From: an uncultured Nitrososphaeraceae archaeon
Lineage (GTDB): Archaea > Thermoproteota > Nitrososphaeria > Nitrososphaerales > Nitrososphaeraceae
Direction of reading: 5' to 3'
Length of the DNA: 64,000 nucleotides
Assembly: GCA_963825865.1 (NCBI GenBank)
Contig: CAWGVG010000060.1
Coordinates: 160,001 to 224,000, forward strand
In this document: piece by piece, positions 11,015 to 22,426 of the stretch
Numbering within the stretch: position 1 is the stretch's first letter
How the letters are laid out: the number at the start of each line of letters is the position of its first letter
Translations under genes and position numbers: made by a program
The notes under the pieces: generated by a model
Seen by the model: the letters and a program-made list of their open reading frames with translations, nothing else
Told to the model about the DNA's origin: nothing
Databases searched by the model: none

Positions 11015-11688
11015 GTGGGTATAATGTATATGAAAACAACAACATTGGCAATCATTGTCGTTCTCACCGCAATGATCCTTGTCACGGCGGGTGCTTTTAA
11101 TTCTCCGGCTTTAGGCAAGTCTAGCGCGGAGCAAGGAAGCAGCGACTCTGGCGGCGGCGGCGGTGGAGCAAAAGGAACGCAGCGACTGCGGGCGGCAGCG
11201 CGCGGCGGCTCTAGCGGCGGCGGCGGCGCGGCGGCAGCAAAGGAACCAGCGACTCTAGCGGCGGCGGCGGTAGCAGGAGCGGAACCAGCGACTTAGCGGC
11301 GGCGCGGCGGAGCAAAGGAACCAGCGGCTCTAGCGGCGCGGTACCAGCGGCGGAACCAGCGGCACCGTTGGCAAACAGCTAAAATCGCTTATTAGCTGCC
11401 TAACGAGTTCAAGCAAGTTGACCGGGACCTTACCCACTAGTGCTCAGTATAAAACATGTGAAGCTCAATCCAGCTTTGGCACTCTTGGTGGCTCAGCTCT
11501 TGGTGGCTCAGCTCTTGGTGGCTCAGCTCTTGGTGGCTCAGCTCTTGGTGGCTCAGCTCTTGGTGGTGGAAAAAGTGACTGGCGGAAAATCAAGTACTGG
11601 CGGTGGCTTCCTCCCCTTAACTCCTGGCCCCGTTGGTCCTTTATCTATAGGCAGTAGTGGAAAAGGAAAAGGCTCAAGAACCGGCTAG
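11015..11688 (+). CDS. Secreted Gly/Ser-rich low-complexity protein (several frameshifts in GC-rich repeats)
   Basis: Signal-like MKTTTLAIIVVLTAMILV; recurring AAAGGAACCAGCGACTCT(AGC)GGCGGC (KGTSDSSGG-type) units, GSALG repeats, two Cys. Confidence 0.7.
11482..11566 (+). repeat. 15-bp coding tandem repeat CTCTTGGTGGCTCAG, about 5.7 copies (GGSAL)
   Basis: Directly visible. Confidence 0.95.
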
Positions 11689-11947
11689 TACCGAAAAATA
11701 AGCTCAAAGTGGCAATATGTACATTATTGCCATCAAAAATTTTTTTACTATTTAATTCTGTAAAATTTAGGCTCTGTTAACTTCGGCTAACAGCAAATTG
11801 AAAAAGCTGTCGTCTGACAAACGATGAAATAGAACTTACCACCTATTTTTCAGTGTATTCTAACAACGAATTAGAGCTTTAATACCAATTAAAGATAGCT
11901 CTTGCTCATATGGCAAATCCCATCCAAGTTATTCTAGCTTGGATAAA

Positions 11948-12034
11948 TCCCTCTTTAGTGGCATTCTGAATTAAAGTAATCCACTTATTCTTACCTTCAA
12001 TCTTTATTCCACAAGCTTCTGCTGGTGTTTTTCC
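11948..12034 (-). pseudogene. C-terminal remnant of a DDE transposase/integrase (IS6-like)
   Basis: Translates GKTPAEACGIKIEGKNKWITLIQNA, a typical archaeal transposase C-terminus; IS6-like end GGCTCTGTTAACTT at 11770. Confidence 0.65.
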
Positions 12035-12388
12035 AGCATCTTTCACTACCAAAAAATTCATTTTAATTTTTGAGATTTAATATTATGAATCATATCTGAA
12101 ACTACTTTCTGATTTTGAAAAATTACTGTCAGCTATCTCTAACATTATTTCTGTTTCATTATAATAATGATTATTTATTTTTTCTTCAATATCTCAAGTT
12201 CTGTCATCAGTAAATATTCAGTACCAGCTAAGTTCTGAGTATTAAACTATCCATAGAGAATACAGAAAAAATAGAAATTTATGTCCGTCTTCCTATGATC
12301 AAAACCTAAAACGTGGATAATGGACAGAATGGAGAGCCTATTTTTTATCTCCATAACTTCATTGATGCTATAAACATTCTAAAATATT

Positions 12389-12850
12389 CTATTTTTTTGC
12401 AAAAGCTTTGAGTTTACCATACATTTCCTTATCTTTAGAAATAGATGGATGATTTGGATCTGCTAGTATCACTTCATACCAATAATAAGTACCGTCCTTG
12501 TGCAAATAATAAGAACCTAGAACTTCCATGTTAGGAAACTTTTCATTTACTCTCCTTTCCGCAACTTTGCGCATACTTATTCCCTGTTTAATGTGGACAA
12601 CGCCCATATGTTTTGGTCTTCTACCTGATACTGGCCTTTGCTTTCTCATACCTCCTCTGCCTACTCTTGCACGTACTACAATGATACCTTGTTTTGCCTT
12701 GTATCCCAATCTACGTGCTCGATCAAGCCTACTTGGCCTTTGGATTTTATGGATGACTGGTTCTGTTCTCCAGCCGATACATTTGGACTTTAGTTCATCT
12801 GCGTTGGACTTCCACATTTTGGTCCAAGTCGTAGCCATGTAACTGCGCAT
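12389..12850 (-). CDS. rpl15e: 50S ribosomal protein L15e
   Basis: RPSRLDRARRLGYKAKQG, GRRPK, YEVILADP. Confidence 0.97.
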   Translation of the reverse strand: MRSYMATTWTKMWKSNADELKSKCIGWRTEPVIHKIQRPSRLDRARRLGYKAKQGIIVVRARVGRGGMRKQRPVSGRRPKHMGVVHIKQGISMRKVAERRVNEKFPNMEVLGSYYLHKDGTYYWYEVILADPNHPSISKDKEMYGKLKAFAKK

Positions 12851-13061
12851 GCCAATTTGCTATCTACTAACCCCCTTAATATCTTTACATTATTAGCTCA
12901 GCTCTCCAAGAGACTTTCTGAGAAAATTACCATTTTTTGACAAAGACAATAGATAGAGCATAGTACATCTCCACAAGAGGTAAACAGCCATATCGGTTTC
13001 GGTGTAGAGGAATCTATTATTATACTACTTTACGGTTAACAGTTTCTAAACTCTAAACTCT

Positions 13062-13995
13062 CTAAATTACTCCACGGATTATTTGAATGATTTTTTCTGC
13101 AATCACTAGCGACGCAAGTTCCTGCGCCTCTTTTGTCTGCGACCCTATATGCGGTGTACAAATGAGATTTGGCAATTCTATCAGCATTTTATTACGCGGT
13201 GGTTCTCTTTCAAATACATCGAGCGCCGCACCTGCGATCTTGCCACTTATTAGCGAGTCATATAAGGCCTTTTCATCGATAACTTCACCACGTGAGGTAT
13301 TCACAATAAACACGGTTGGTTTCATTTTAGAAAAAAGTTGTGCATTGAACATGTGTTTTGTTTCTTGAGTTAGCGGTACATGACAGGTAATGAAATCGGA
13401 GCTTTCCGCCAGAGTATTAAGATCGGTTACAATCAAGCCTACTTCTTTGACAAAATCCTTGTTGATTGGGTATATATCATAACCAATTAAATTCATTCTT
13501 AGTGCTCTTGCAATACGTCCTACATTTCGCCCAATGTTTCCAACGCCGACAATTCCGAGATACTTTCCTCTAAGTTCTATACCCGTTAGATCCGTCTTTA
13601 TCCAATTTCCTTTTTTTGTTTCAGTATCCGCACGTGGGATACTGCGTGCAAGAGAGATCATGTGACCAATAGTAAGTTCGGCTACAGCGTTCATGGCTCG
13701 CTTCAGACGCATTGATTACACGAATGTTTCTCGCTTCGGCAGCACTGAGATCTATATTATCAAGACCAACTCCGACCCTAGCGATAATTCTAGTCATAGT
13801 TGTGGCATCAATAACTTCCCTTGTAATTTTGGTTCTACTTCTAACAATAATAACATGATAATCTTTAACAGAAGAAAGCAAATCACTTGGCGTGATATCT
13901 GGCTTGTAGTCAACTGTCATTCCTGCTTTCTTTAGACTATCAATACCCGATTTATCGATAGAGTCACAAACAAGAACCTTTCCACTAACTTGCAT
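13062..13995 (-). CDS. D-3-phosphoglycerate / D-2-hydroxyacid dehydrogenase (frameshift near 13700)
   Basis: RVGVGLDNID, GVGNIG, HVPL, NTSRG, LDVF, TPHIG. Confidence 0.9.
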
Positions 13996-14305
13996 ACGGC
14001 TGGAGAACCCTTGTACTTATATATTAATTATCGAATTATGGTACGATTTACATGGTTCTTACTGTCTTGTAAGTTTCTATAAGATATTCGCCTTGTCTTT
14101 ATCTCATAGTAGTCTAGCACTAAGTTATCCCTTAGCACTAACGATTCAGGAAATATAATATCAGAGAAACATCAGAGCTGATGATGCCAATCATATTATC
14201 TGGATTAATAAAGAACTGTTTATCATATCAGCCAGGTTGCTATAATCTTATATGGTTCGAATACGTTATTAATAAATTAATCTTCACAAGTGGAATTGAA
14301 GTCCA

Positions 14306-14722
14306 ATGCCTGGCAGCAACTACATTATAAGGATTACAAAAGATCGAGTTGCAAATCAACTGTACGGAATCCGCGTATATTATGTTAGGCTCAGAAGAGA
14401 CTGGTCAAAAGGATCCAAACTGATATTTGTAAAAAAAACAAATCCTTTAGGCGATGATGCATTTATTGGTTCTGGGATTATTGACAAGATTTTTGAGTTT
14501 AATGAGTTATGCGATGTTTCTGAAAAGAAAACATGGATCGAAAATAACTATTACAAAAAAATAATTTTTGGAAGATTGGTAAATTTCCATCCCCCTCTGC
14601 CTGTAAGAGACACTCAAATAAGTTCGTGGAGTCAAACTGGCGCATTATTACATGGTGCACAGATTTCTGCCTCAGAAATATCAATAATAGAAGGTCGTGT
14701 TAATATCATGATAATATTATGA
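14306..14722 (+). CDS. Hypothetical protein, possible PUA/EVE-like fold
   Basis: W..GSKLIF..K.....AFIGSG.I pattern resembles EVE/ASCH domains. Confidence 0.6.
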   Translation: MPGSNYIIRITKDRVANQLYGIRVYYVRLRRDWSKGSKLIFVKKTNPLGDDAFIGSGIIDKIFEFNELCDVSEKKTWIENNYYKKIIFGRLVNFHPPLPVRDTQISSWSQTGALLHGAQISASEISIIEGRVNIMIIL

Positions 14723-14784
14723 CTGATTCTTTGTTTGTCGATTAATTTATTAACAATTTTAAAGAATTGCCTAGCAGAATATAT

Positions 14785-16167
14785 ATGTCTTCTTTCAGAA
14801 TTGATAAGGATTCATTGGGGGAAGCCCAAGTTCCTTCTGACGCTTATTATGGTGCATTTACGGCCCGAGCGAAGCAACACTACAACGTTACAGGACAGAA
14901 AGCACACATAAATCTTGTCAAAGCATATATTATGATAAAACGGTCAGCAGCAATGGCAAACAAAGAGCTAAATGCTCTTGATCAAAGTAAAGCTGACGCG
15001 ATCATAAAAGCGTGCGATGAGGTACTATCTGGTAAGCTACTTGATCAATTTGTGATTGAAGCGATAAACTCTGGCGCAGGAACTGCATTTAACATGAATT
15101 GTAATGAAGTAATCGCAAATAGGGCTATCGAGATTTTAGACAAGAAAAAAGGAGAATACGAGATCATTAACCCAAATGATCACGTAAATATGTCACAGTC
15201 TAGCAATGATACCTTTCCGACAGCAATGCACGTTGCAATTCTCCTCAACATGCGCGAAACAATGTCTGCGCTTGATAGACTCATTTTATCATTAGAAATG
15301 AAAGCAAGGCAATTTCGTGGTATTATAAAAATTGGCAGAACGCATTTGATGGATGCCCTACCTGTTACTCTGGAAACAGAGTTTGAAGAATATGCCTATT
15401 CATTAAAACAAGCACAGGAAAAACTGATCCAAGCGAAAGAAAACCTAGAATATGTGGGCCTTGGAGGAACTGCAGTAGGAAGCGGTGCTAACACTCCAAA
15501 AGGATACAGACAAACTGCCATCCAACGGTTATCAGAAATTTCCGGTTTAGGACTGAAAGCATCTTCGAATATGTATTACTCTTTACAGAGTAAGTTCGAT
15601 ATTGCTAATTGCTCTTCTGCACTTCGCAACCTTGCAGTAGAGTTGATTAAAATGGCGAATGATCTTCGATTGATGTCTTCTGGTCCAACTGCTGGTTTTG
15701 CGGAAATTCTTATTCCTGCTGTGCATGCTGGCTCTTCAATTATGCCAGGAAAAGTTAACCCATCGCTTGCTGAGTGTCTTAATATGATTTGCTTTAATAT
15801 AATAGGAAATGATGTTTCTGTAGCGCTGGCTGCTCAAGCAGGTCAATTCGAGCTGAATGTAATGCTGCCTGGGATGCTAAAATGTGTTTTGGAGTCGACA
15901 GATATGCTCAAGAATTTTCTTCCAATATTTACAAGAAACATGATAGATGGATTAAAAGCAAATCAAGAAAAACTAGAGTCATATGTTGAAAAAAGTCCCG
16001 TGCTTGTTACACTATTAACTCCATACATTGGTTACATAAAGGCTGCAGACATCTACAAAGAATCTTTGAAGACAAATATAAGCATAAGAGAATTAGTGTT
16101 AAGTAAAGGTATGATGACAAAAGAAGAGATTGATAAAGCATTATCCAAAGAAAATATGGGCTTGTAA
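14785..16167 (+). CDS. Aspartate ammonia-lyase / class II fumarate hydratase
   Basis: NPNDHVNMSQSSNDTFPTAMH, GRTHLMDA, GSSIMPGKVNP. Confidence 0.93.
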   Translation: MSSFRIDKDSLGEAQVPSDAYYGAFTARAKQHYNVTGQKAHINLVKAYIMIKRSAAMANKELNALDQSKADAIIKACDEVLSGKLLDQFVIEAINSGAGTAFNMNCNEVIANRAIEILDKKKGEYEIINPNDHVNMSQSSNDTFPTAMHVAILLNMRETMSALDRLILSLEMKARQFRGIIKIGRTHLMDALPVTLETEFEEYAYSLKQAQEKLIQAKENLEYVGLGGTAVGSGANTPKGYRQTAIQRLSEISGLGLKASSNMYYSLQSKFDIANCSSALRNLAVELIKMANDLRLMSSGPTAGFAEILIPAVHAGSSIMPGKVNPSLAECLNMICFNIIGNDVSVALAAQAGQFELNVMLPGMLKCVLESTDMLKNFLPIFTRNMIDGLKANQEKLESYVEKSPVLVTLLTPYIGYIKAADIYKESLKTNISIRELVLSKGMMTKEEIDKALSKENMGL

Positions 16168-16423
16168 CCACAGTCAAATATAATACACACTCTTCAGGCA
16201 CGAGGAAGAGACATAACTGTTTCATGCCATCTTCTTCCTCTTCTTCTTTCCCTTCAGCTATCAATAATGACTGATGATAGATCCCTGGCGCCAAAAACAT
16301 AGTGTGTAAATTTTCGTTATGAATGATGACTTTGATTATTCTGTATTATATTTCTACAAGAGTTCCATGTGATAATATCTAAAACCAATATATGAAAAGA
16401 ATTCCAACAAAAAACTGATTGTC

Positions 16424-16888
16424 ATGGATCCAGAATCAGATATCACTATTGCTTCTACAAAGAATGATAATCTTCGTAAAAGGTATAATAAATTGGTAGT
16501 AATAGATCTTGAAAAACGTGCTATTCTCCGCAATTTGGTAAAGCAAAATACGCTATGTGAACATAAGCAAATTTATACTCAGGCTAACGCTATTTGCAGA
16601 AGGATATCGTCATCTTACGAAGAAGGTAGAATTTCTGCACAAGAGGCTTTGCAATTAATGATTGAAGCACATAATCAGATGAGCCATCATGGATTACCGA
16701 AGGAAGTGATTGCGGATGAAATGAATAAGCGTATTAGCAAATTGGAAAAAGGAGAAAACACTAAATTCGAGGTCACTATGGCAAATGTTAGTCATGCTAA
16801 TAATTTGGAAGATAAAGAAAATAGTAGCTTAAAAAACGAGGATTCTTCAAATAAATATTCAGAAAGCTACTGGTCTGAAGTCATATAA
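16424..16888 (+). CDS. Hypothetical protein
   Basis: 154-aa ORF. Confidence 0.65.
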   Translation: MDPESDITIASTKNDNLRKRYNKLVVIDLEKRAILRNLVKQNTLCEHKQIYTQANAICRRISSSYEEGRISAQEALQLMIEAHNQMSHHGLPKEVIADEMNKRISKLEKGENTKFEVTMANVSHANNLEDKENSSLKNEDSSNKYSESYWSEVI

Positions 16889-17117
16889 GATTGAAAACGG
16901 CATAGATTGGAGAACATGTCTAACTATTACATTCAATCAAATAGACATTATATATCTGATTTATGTTCCTTAAAAAACAAGCATAATTCTACCGAAGGCA
17001 TTATTTACAGGCATCTAAGAGCTAATTAGATTACAAAATATATATTATATTTTCCTTATTTAATGGTTTTATGGATGCTACTTTTATTAACTGGTTATGT
17101 GATAGTTTAATTGGAAC

Positions 17118-17618
17118 ATGACTGGTAATCATAAATCAAAAATACTAACTTCAAAGATGCTAATAATAGCTGTGTCAATACAGATACTTTTGTTAACAGT
17201 ATTTGTATCTACACTGCCTATTCAATCGGTGGTGGCTCAAAATTCCACAGGCGTTAATTCCACAGGAGCTAACTCTAACACTGTAACAAATCTGATGGTT
17301 AATGGTAAATCCATACCAATCAAATATAGTTTGACTACAGGCAAACTTCTTGGGATTGTTGAAGATAAGGATAAAACGACTCTTGTGGCAATAATTTCAT
17401 CCCCAGTTGATAAGGGGACATTAAGAATTGAACTTCCAAGAAATGTAATAGATGACAAAGGACAAGGTAATAGTGATGCTAAATTTACAGTACATGAGGA
17501 TGGTAAAGATGCTACGGTTAGAGAAGTATTAAACAATCCGACAACAAGAGTGTTAGCAATCGACTTTAACAAAGATGCTAGGTTAATAGAAATTGTAGGT
17601 ACTGTTCTGCCACAATAA
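17118..17618 (+). CDS. Secreted thaumarchaeal surface protein (domain resembling PEFG-CTERM proteins)
   Basis: Signal peptide; GTLRIELPRNVID...F.V..DG...IEIVGT. Confidence 0.75.
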   Translation: MTGNHKSKILTSKMLIIAVSIQILLLTVFVSTLPIQSVVAQNSTGVNSTGANSNTVTNLMVNGKSIPIKYSLTTGKLLGIVEDKDKTTLVAIISSPVDKGTLRIELPRNVIDDKGQGNSDAKFTVHEDGKDATVREVLNNPTTRVLAIDFNKDARLIEIVGTVLPQ

Positions 17619-17768
17619 TATTCGATCCTGCAGCGCTAATAAATAATCGATTGGAACCGTTACTGGCAATGCCCAGCACACGTCCCGATGTAGGCATCAG
17701 ATGTTATACAGAATATCTGCCAACTTGAAGCGCGTAGTATCCGTGTAACCAAGGGTATCTGGGATTAG

Positions 17769-17842
17769 TGCCGGAGGCGGGATTCGAGCCCGCGACCTTT
17801 CGATTATGAGTCGAACGCTCTAGCCAAGCTGAGCTACCCGGC
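17769..17842 (-). tRNA. tRNA with CAT anticodon, probably elongator tRNA-Met
   Basis: Cloverleaf GCCGGG TA GCTC..GAGC, TTCGA CT CAT AA TCGAA, ..CTCCGGC A; the 5' acceptor strand is one G short (probable homopolymer error). Confidence 0.88.
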
Positions 17843-17893
17843 AAGCTCAGGCAGCGTTCATCAACCAAAATTCTTTTTAAAACATAATATAAT

Positions 17894-18530
17894 CTATTCA
17901 AACATGCGTCGTATATCGCCTTCCAACACACCTGTCCCCGTATGAAGTCTGTCGATATGCGTAGACAAAGCCTCTTTTGAGTCAAAGGGTGATTCACAAT
18001 ATGGACATGTCAGTTTTGCTGTGCTAATATCCTTCATGTAAACAATTGCTTTTGGATTAATAATACATACTGGTGTCCCACGGAGTGCAGTATCTGCTGT
18101 AGAAATTGTCGCCATCTGAATCTTTTCAAAGATATCGTCTCTGGCTATCATTCCAAGAACTGCTGCATTTGAACTTACTATTATTTGTCTTACTACATGT
18201 TTGTCCATAATCGAAAGTGCTTCTTGAACCGTCGCTTTTGGGTCCACAGCTGAGTACAGGGCTATTCATAATTTCGCGAAGCCTAACTTTGGCTGGATTT
18301 CTGCCTTGGGACATTATCTTAAAAAGGATATCGGTTTTGCTTACTATACCAATAACCTCTCCATTATGCGATGCAAGAATACTACGTGCATTTCTTTCTT
18401 TCATAAGTTTAATTGCTTCATCAGCAAATTTGTCACTTTCGAGGATAATTATATTTGTATTCAAAACAAGCTCTATTGGTGACGATAGGAGTGATGTGAT
18501 ATTATCTGGAAAATATTGATAATCTTTCAC
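17894..18530 (-). CDS. CBS-pair protein with C-terminal C2H2 zinc finger (frameshift near 18245)
   Basis: GIVSKTDIL, GMIARDDI; CPYC..F.....L..H...H. Confidence 0.85.
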
Positions 18531-18667
18531 AAAGGAAGAACAGTTCTCTTTTATATATAGTTTGATCTTCTAACAAAGCATACCAGCATCCATCGCTTAC
18601 GAAAACGAGCTCTGGAAGTGCTTGGAATTCCATTATATACATAATATGATCAACACTACTTAGGATA

Positions 18668-19107
18668 GGCTGTGTTCATTTGGTGATAAATCTATAGCTA
18701 AAGACTCATTACGCACTTTAAATGGTCAGATTCAAAAGTGTGGCTGTGGTTCGCTATTGAACCAATAGATAAGACAATCGTTGGCATTCGTATTTCCATA
18801 GAAAGAAATATGAGCAATTTATAAAATCATTAGTTAAAAATTATGGTAAGTGTATCATATCTACACATCGTGGTACCTGGTATCCTCAGGCTTGCAAATT
18901 TTTTTATCCTCTGAAACTAGCACCATGTCTTATAAAAGCATAATTGAACCTACAATCCAATATGTTAAAGATAGAACAGAAAGTTTTGATGATTAGTTTC
19001 CTTGTAGAAAAGAAAGGAGTAAACTAGAACACATCCTCAATTGATTTAATATGTTTATTGACAGGCATAATAGAATGATTACGCGCTACATTGTTAAATG
19101 AAGAGCC
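18668..19107 (+). mobile_element. Internally deleted, degenerate IS6-family element
   Basis: Imperfect ends GGCTGTGTTCATTT / AAATGAAGAGCC; flanking 8-bp repeat TTAGGATA / TTAGGATC; transposase remnants WLWFAIEP, TWYPQAC, KDRTESFDD*FPC with in-frame stops. Confidence 0.85.
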
Positions 19108-19155
19108 TTAGGATCTAACTGACTGCTTATATAATAGAAAGTGTTTGTTTTTATT

Positions 19156-19308
19156 ATGTTGAATACGACATCCGTAGAACATGTTGACGATTCTGTGGAA
19201 TGCGATAACTGTACCTATGCGACTTGGTTCAACAGCAAGAATTTAACCTCAGTAGCAAGAGCCAAAGTACAACTGGAAGAACATAAAAAAAACTGCCTGC
19301 CAAGATAA
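19156..19308 (+). CDS. 50-aa small C2HC zinc-binding protein (not in ORF track)
   Basis: MLNTTSVEHVDDSVECDNC...LEEHKKNCLPR. Confidence 0.55.
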   Translation: MLNTTSVEHVDDSVECDNCTYATWFNSKNLTSVARAKVQLEEHKKNCLPR

Positions 19309-19359
19309 TCTTCCCTTTTGTGCAAAGTTCTTGATAGCGTATCAGAAAGAATAACCAGA

Positions 19360-19759
19360 TTATTCTGGGGCAAAACCATGATAATAAGGTATTTGCATAA
19401 GTTCCTCTTTTGAGATCATTTCTACCAGAGATATTAAATGTCCATCAGGATCTTTTATAATAGCATGTTTTCCAAATTGTTCTGTTGTGAGTTTTTTGTA
19501 AAACTTCACTTTCTTCTTTTTTAGCCCATTACAAAGGGTTTGTAGATCGCTAACATTGAACCCCACTAACATACTGTTATTTTTTTTCATTCTCTTTTTT
19601 TTTGTAGGGTGTAGTGCAAGCACTGTAACCTTGTTTTGAAAATTCAACCCAATCTTTAGACCGCTGCTTTAGTTCCATTCCCAGAACATCTTTATAAAAT
19701 TTTATAGATCTTCTAGTATCAGAAACTAGAAGTATAACGGCGCCTATTCGACTGAACAT
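19360..19759 (-). CDS. VOC/glyoxalase-family protein (frameshift)
   Basis: VSD..RSIKFYKDVLG, F.VSDL, KDPDGH. Confidence 0.88.
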
Positions 19760-20308
19760 ATTGTGATCATGACATGTATAATTCATTCCAAGATATAAGA
19801 ACAGCTATACCACACGGTCCTGTTCAACTTTTATTTATCCTCTATACACATCGTAACTATCTTGAAACAACGTATTTCTAGCTACATTATAATTACTTCC
19901 ACATTCTCCTATATAAGATGAATTAATAGTGGTTGAGTCTCAATACAATGCATAGCTTTTCAAATTTTTGATGGTCATACATATGTTTAATTATCTTGTC
20001 TTAAGTATCTTGTCTCTCTCCGTCTATCCAAATCAATACATAGGATACGTTGATTCTTCTTTAATACCATCAATATATTACACACATATCCCAAGACAAA
20101 ATATATACAAATTAGTTGATAGGTAAATCTGCTGTGCAGCGAGGAGCGGGTGTGTTTGTAACGAGTGGCTATTTTTCGATTGATATTAGCAAACATCGTT
20201 TATAATAATAATAATAATAATAATAAAGCAAATTGGCACTATAAATTGGCATTAACATCTATAATACGCTATAGAGAAATCAAATACTTATGTCATCAGG
20301 AGCAGATC

Positions 20309-21072
20309 ATGATGACTGAATTACCTGTAGGGGTAGCAGAAGGTATTACTGCCAATTCTTCCCCTAAGGATATAGCTGAAGAGAGAATTCCAATTATTAA
20401 TCCGCATGAAATAAAGAAGTCATCATCAAAGCCATATGAACTCTTTGATAATATTGTAGGCTATAATGATGTCAAAAAGTTGTTCAATCTGTCATTGTCT
20501 TCTGAAAGACCGGTTCATATATTGCTAGTGGGTCCCCCTGCATCTGCAAAGACACTCTTTATGTTAGAATGTATTAAACTTGAGCGTTCTTACTTTATGC
20601 TGGGAAGCCAGAGTAACAAAATCAGGTATGATAGATTATTTATTTGAAAAGCGTCCCCGGTATATGATAGTTGACGAGATTGAACATATGCCAATGAAAG
20701 ATCAGACAGCGCTTTTGAGTTTAATGGAAACAGGTATTGTGGCTGAAACTAAATTTCAAAGAACTCGTAATACCCAGCTGAAAGACATGGGTATTTGCGA
20801 CTAGTAATAGTACTGAACAAATGCTAACGCCTTTACTTTCGAGGTTTATGGTACTACATTTTAAACAATACAAATACGAAAACTTTCGTGAAATTGCTGT
20901 TCATATGCTAAGCCATCAAGGAATTTCTAAAGAAATAGCCACCCCTGTGGCTGAAGCTGTTTGGACAAAAATGAAATCTAAAGATATTAGGGATTGTATA
21001 AAAATTGGCCACCTCGCAAAGACCAAGGACGATGTTAATTGGATCGTTGAAACACTCAAAAGGTATAGGTAA
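20309..21072 (+). CDS. AAA-family ATPase (two frameshifts)
   Basis: Walker A GPPASAKT, Walker B IVDEIE, LMETG, PLLSRF. Confidence 0.85.
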
Positions 21073-21229
21073 TCCAATGAATATTTTTTGTTAGAGGACG
21101 AATCGTTGGCATAGACATTAGTATACTTAGCATTATATAAAGAAAATTGACTAAAATTTATTGATCGTTTTTTTTATTTTTTATGTTATTGAAGTGATCT
21201 TTTATTAGGTTGGTACATATCTTTAAGTT

Positions 21230-22051
21230 GTGATAGTTATAGATGTTTTGAAGGAAGCTTGTAAACAAGTTTATGAGCAAACTAAAGATCTTGTTGGAAC
21301 AGCAGAAGGTAACAAGAAATTTGGGATTGGTGCAGGGGGAGATATTTCAAGAATGATTGATCTTGTGGCAGAAAAGGCGGTACTTAATACTGTCAACAAA
21401 TATAATTTTAATCCTACAATAATTGGAGAAGAATGTGGAAGGATTGAAGGAAAGCAAGGATTTTTGATTATGGATGCAATTGATGGAACTACCAATGCGA
21501 GTCGTAGTATACCATTCTACTGTTGCTCTCTAGCATATGCGACTGATTTTAAACTGAGCTCTGTAATTGACAGTGTGGTTATAGACTTGGCAAGAGGCGA
21601 TTTGTACTATGCCTCAAAGGAGAAAGGTGCTTTTTTGAATGACGAGAAAATCAAAGTAAAGAGTTATAATAGTAATCAACAAAAAAAACAACAGCATGAC
21701 GACATTTTAATAGGCATGAATATTTCTGGTATTTCAGAAGAAATCATAAATCGTTTAACAAGGGTTATTTCAATGGCAAGTCATGCTAGACATTTTGGAG
21801 CTAACGCTCTTGAATTGTGTTATTTTGCAAGGGGATTTATGGATGCATATATTGACTTCAGAGGAAAAATACGTGCGACAGATATGGCTGCTGCATACTT
21901 GATTGTAAAGGAAGCTGGGGGTAAATTGTTCTCTATTAACGGTTCAGAACTGGATTCAGAATTAGGAGTAAATACGACAATGTCCTTTCTCGCCGTTATA
22001 GATGATAATATGTTTGAAAAGCTTGCGTGTGATATAGGGATAAGCACGTAA
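21230..22051 (+). CDS. suhB: Inositol monophosphatase / fructose-1,6-bisphosphatase family
   Basis: GEE, DAIDGTTNA, DMAAAYLIVKEAGG. Confidence 0.9.
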   Translation: MIVIDVLKEACKQVYEQTKDLVGTAEGNKKFGIGAGGDISRMIDLVAEKAVLNTVNKYNFNPTIIGEECGRIEGKQGFLIMDAIDGTTNASRSIPFYCCSLAYATDFKLSSVIDSVVIDLARGDLYYASKEKGAFLNDEKIKVKSYNSNQQKKQQHDDILIGMNISGISEEIINRLTRVISMASHARHFGANALELCYFARGFMDAYIDFRGKIRATDMAAAYLIVKEAGGKLFSINGSELDSELGVNTTMSFLAVIDDNMFEKLACDIGIST

Positions 22052-22069
22052 GGGTGTTATTATTTTAGG

Positions 22070-22183
22070 CGCCCGGGCCGGGATTCGAACCCGGGTCGGA
22101 GGAGTGACAGTCCCCCATACTGGACCGGATTTTATGATGCTCTAAGTGATCAAATGCATAAAGCATCTCTATACTACCCGGGC
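22070..22183 (-). tRNA. tRNA-Asp(GTC) with a 39-nt non-canonical intron (22130-22168) in the D-arm region
   Basis: GCCCGGG acceptor, GGGGA CT GTC AC TCCTC, TTCGAAT; the insert after position 15 is flanked by a relaxed bulge-helix-bulge. Confidence 0.9.
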
Positions 22184-22426
22184 GCACATAACCAAACTTT
22201 TGATAAAACAATTAAATGTTTTGTTTTATTTTATCCTTATGCTTTCCATTTGTGCCAGTTTTCTCTATTCTTGAAGATATAACTCTGATCATTTCATTGA
22301 TATAATAGAAATAGTGAACCTTTTTTACGTGCTGTCAAACCAAATCAATTGTTCATCTGTTAGATAGGGCTAGAAATTCACATGTATAAAATTAAATTAT
22401 ACCATGTAGGAGCGTATCTGTAACAT

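Noticed and set aside
11801-11820. Recurring TCTGACA-type motif (similar at about 32116, 34899 and 51321) as a recombination or dif-like site
   Set aside because: Too short and variable to distinguish from chance without a motif search
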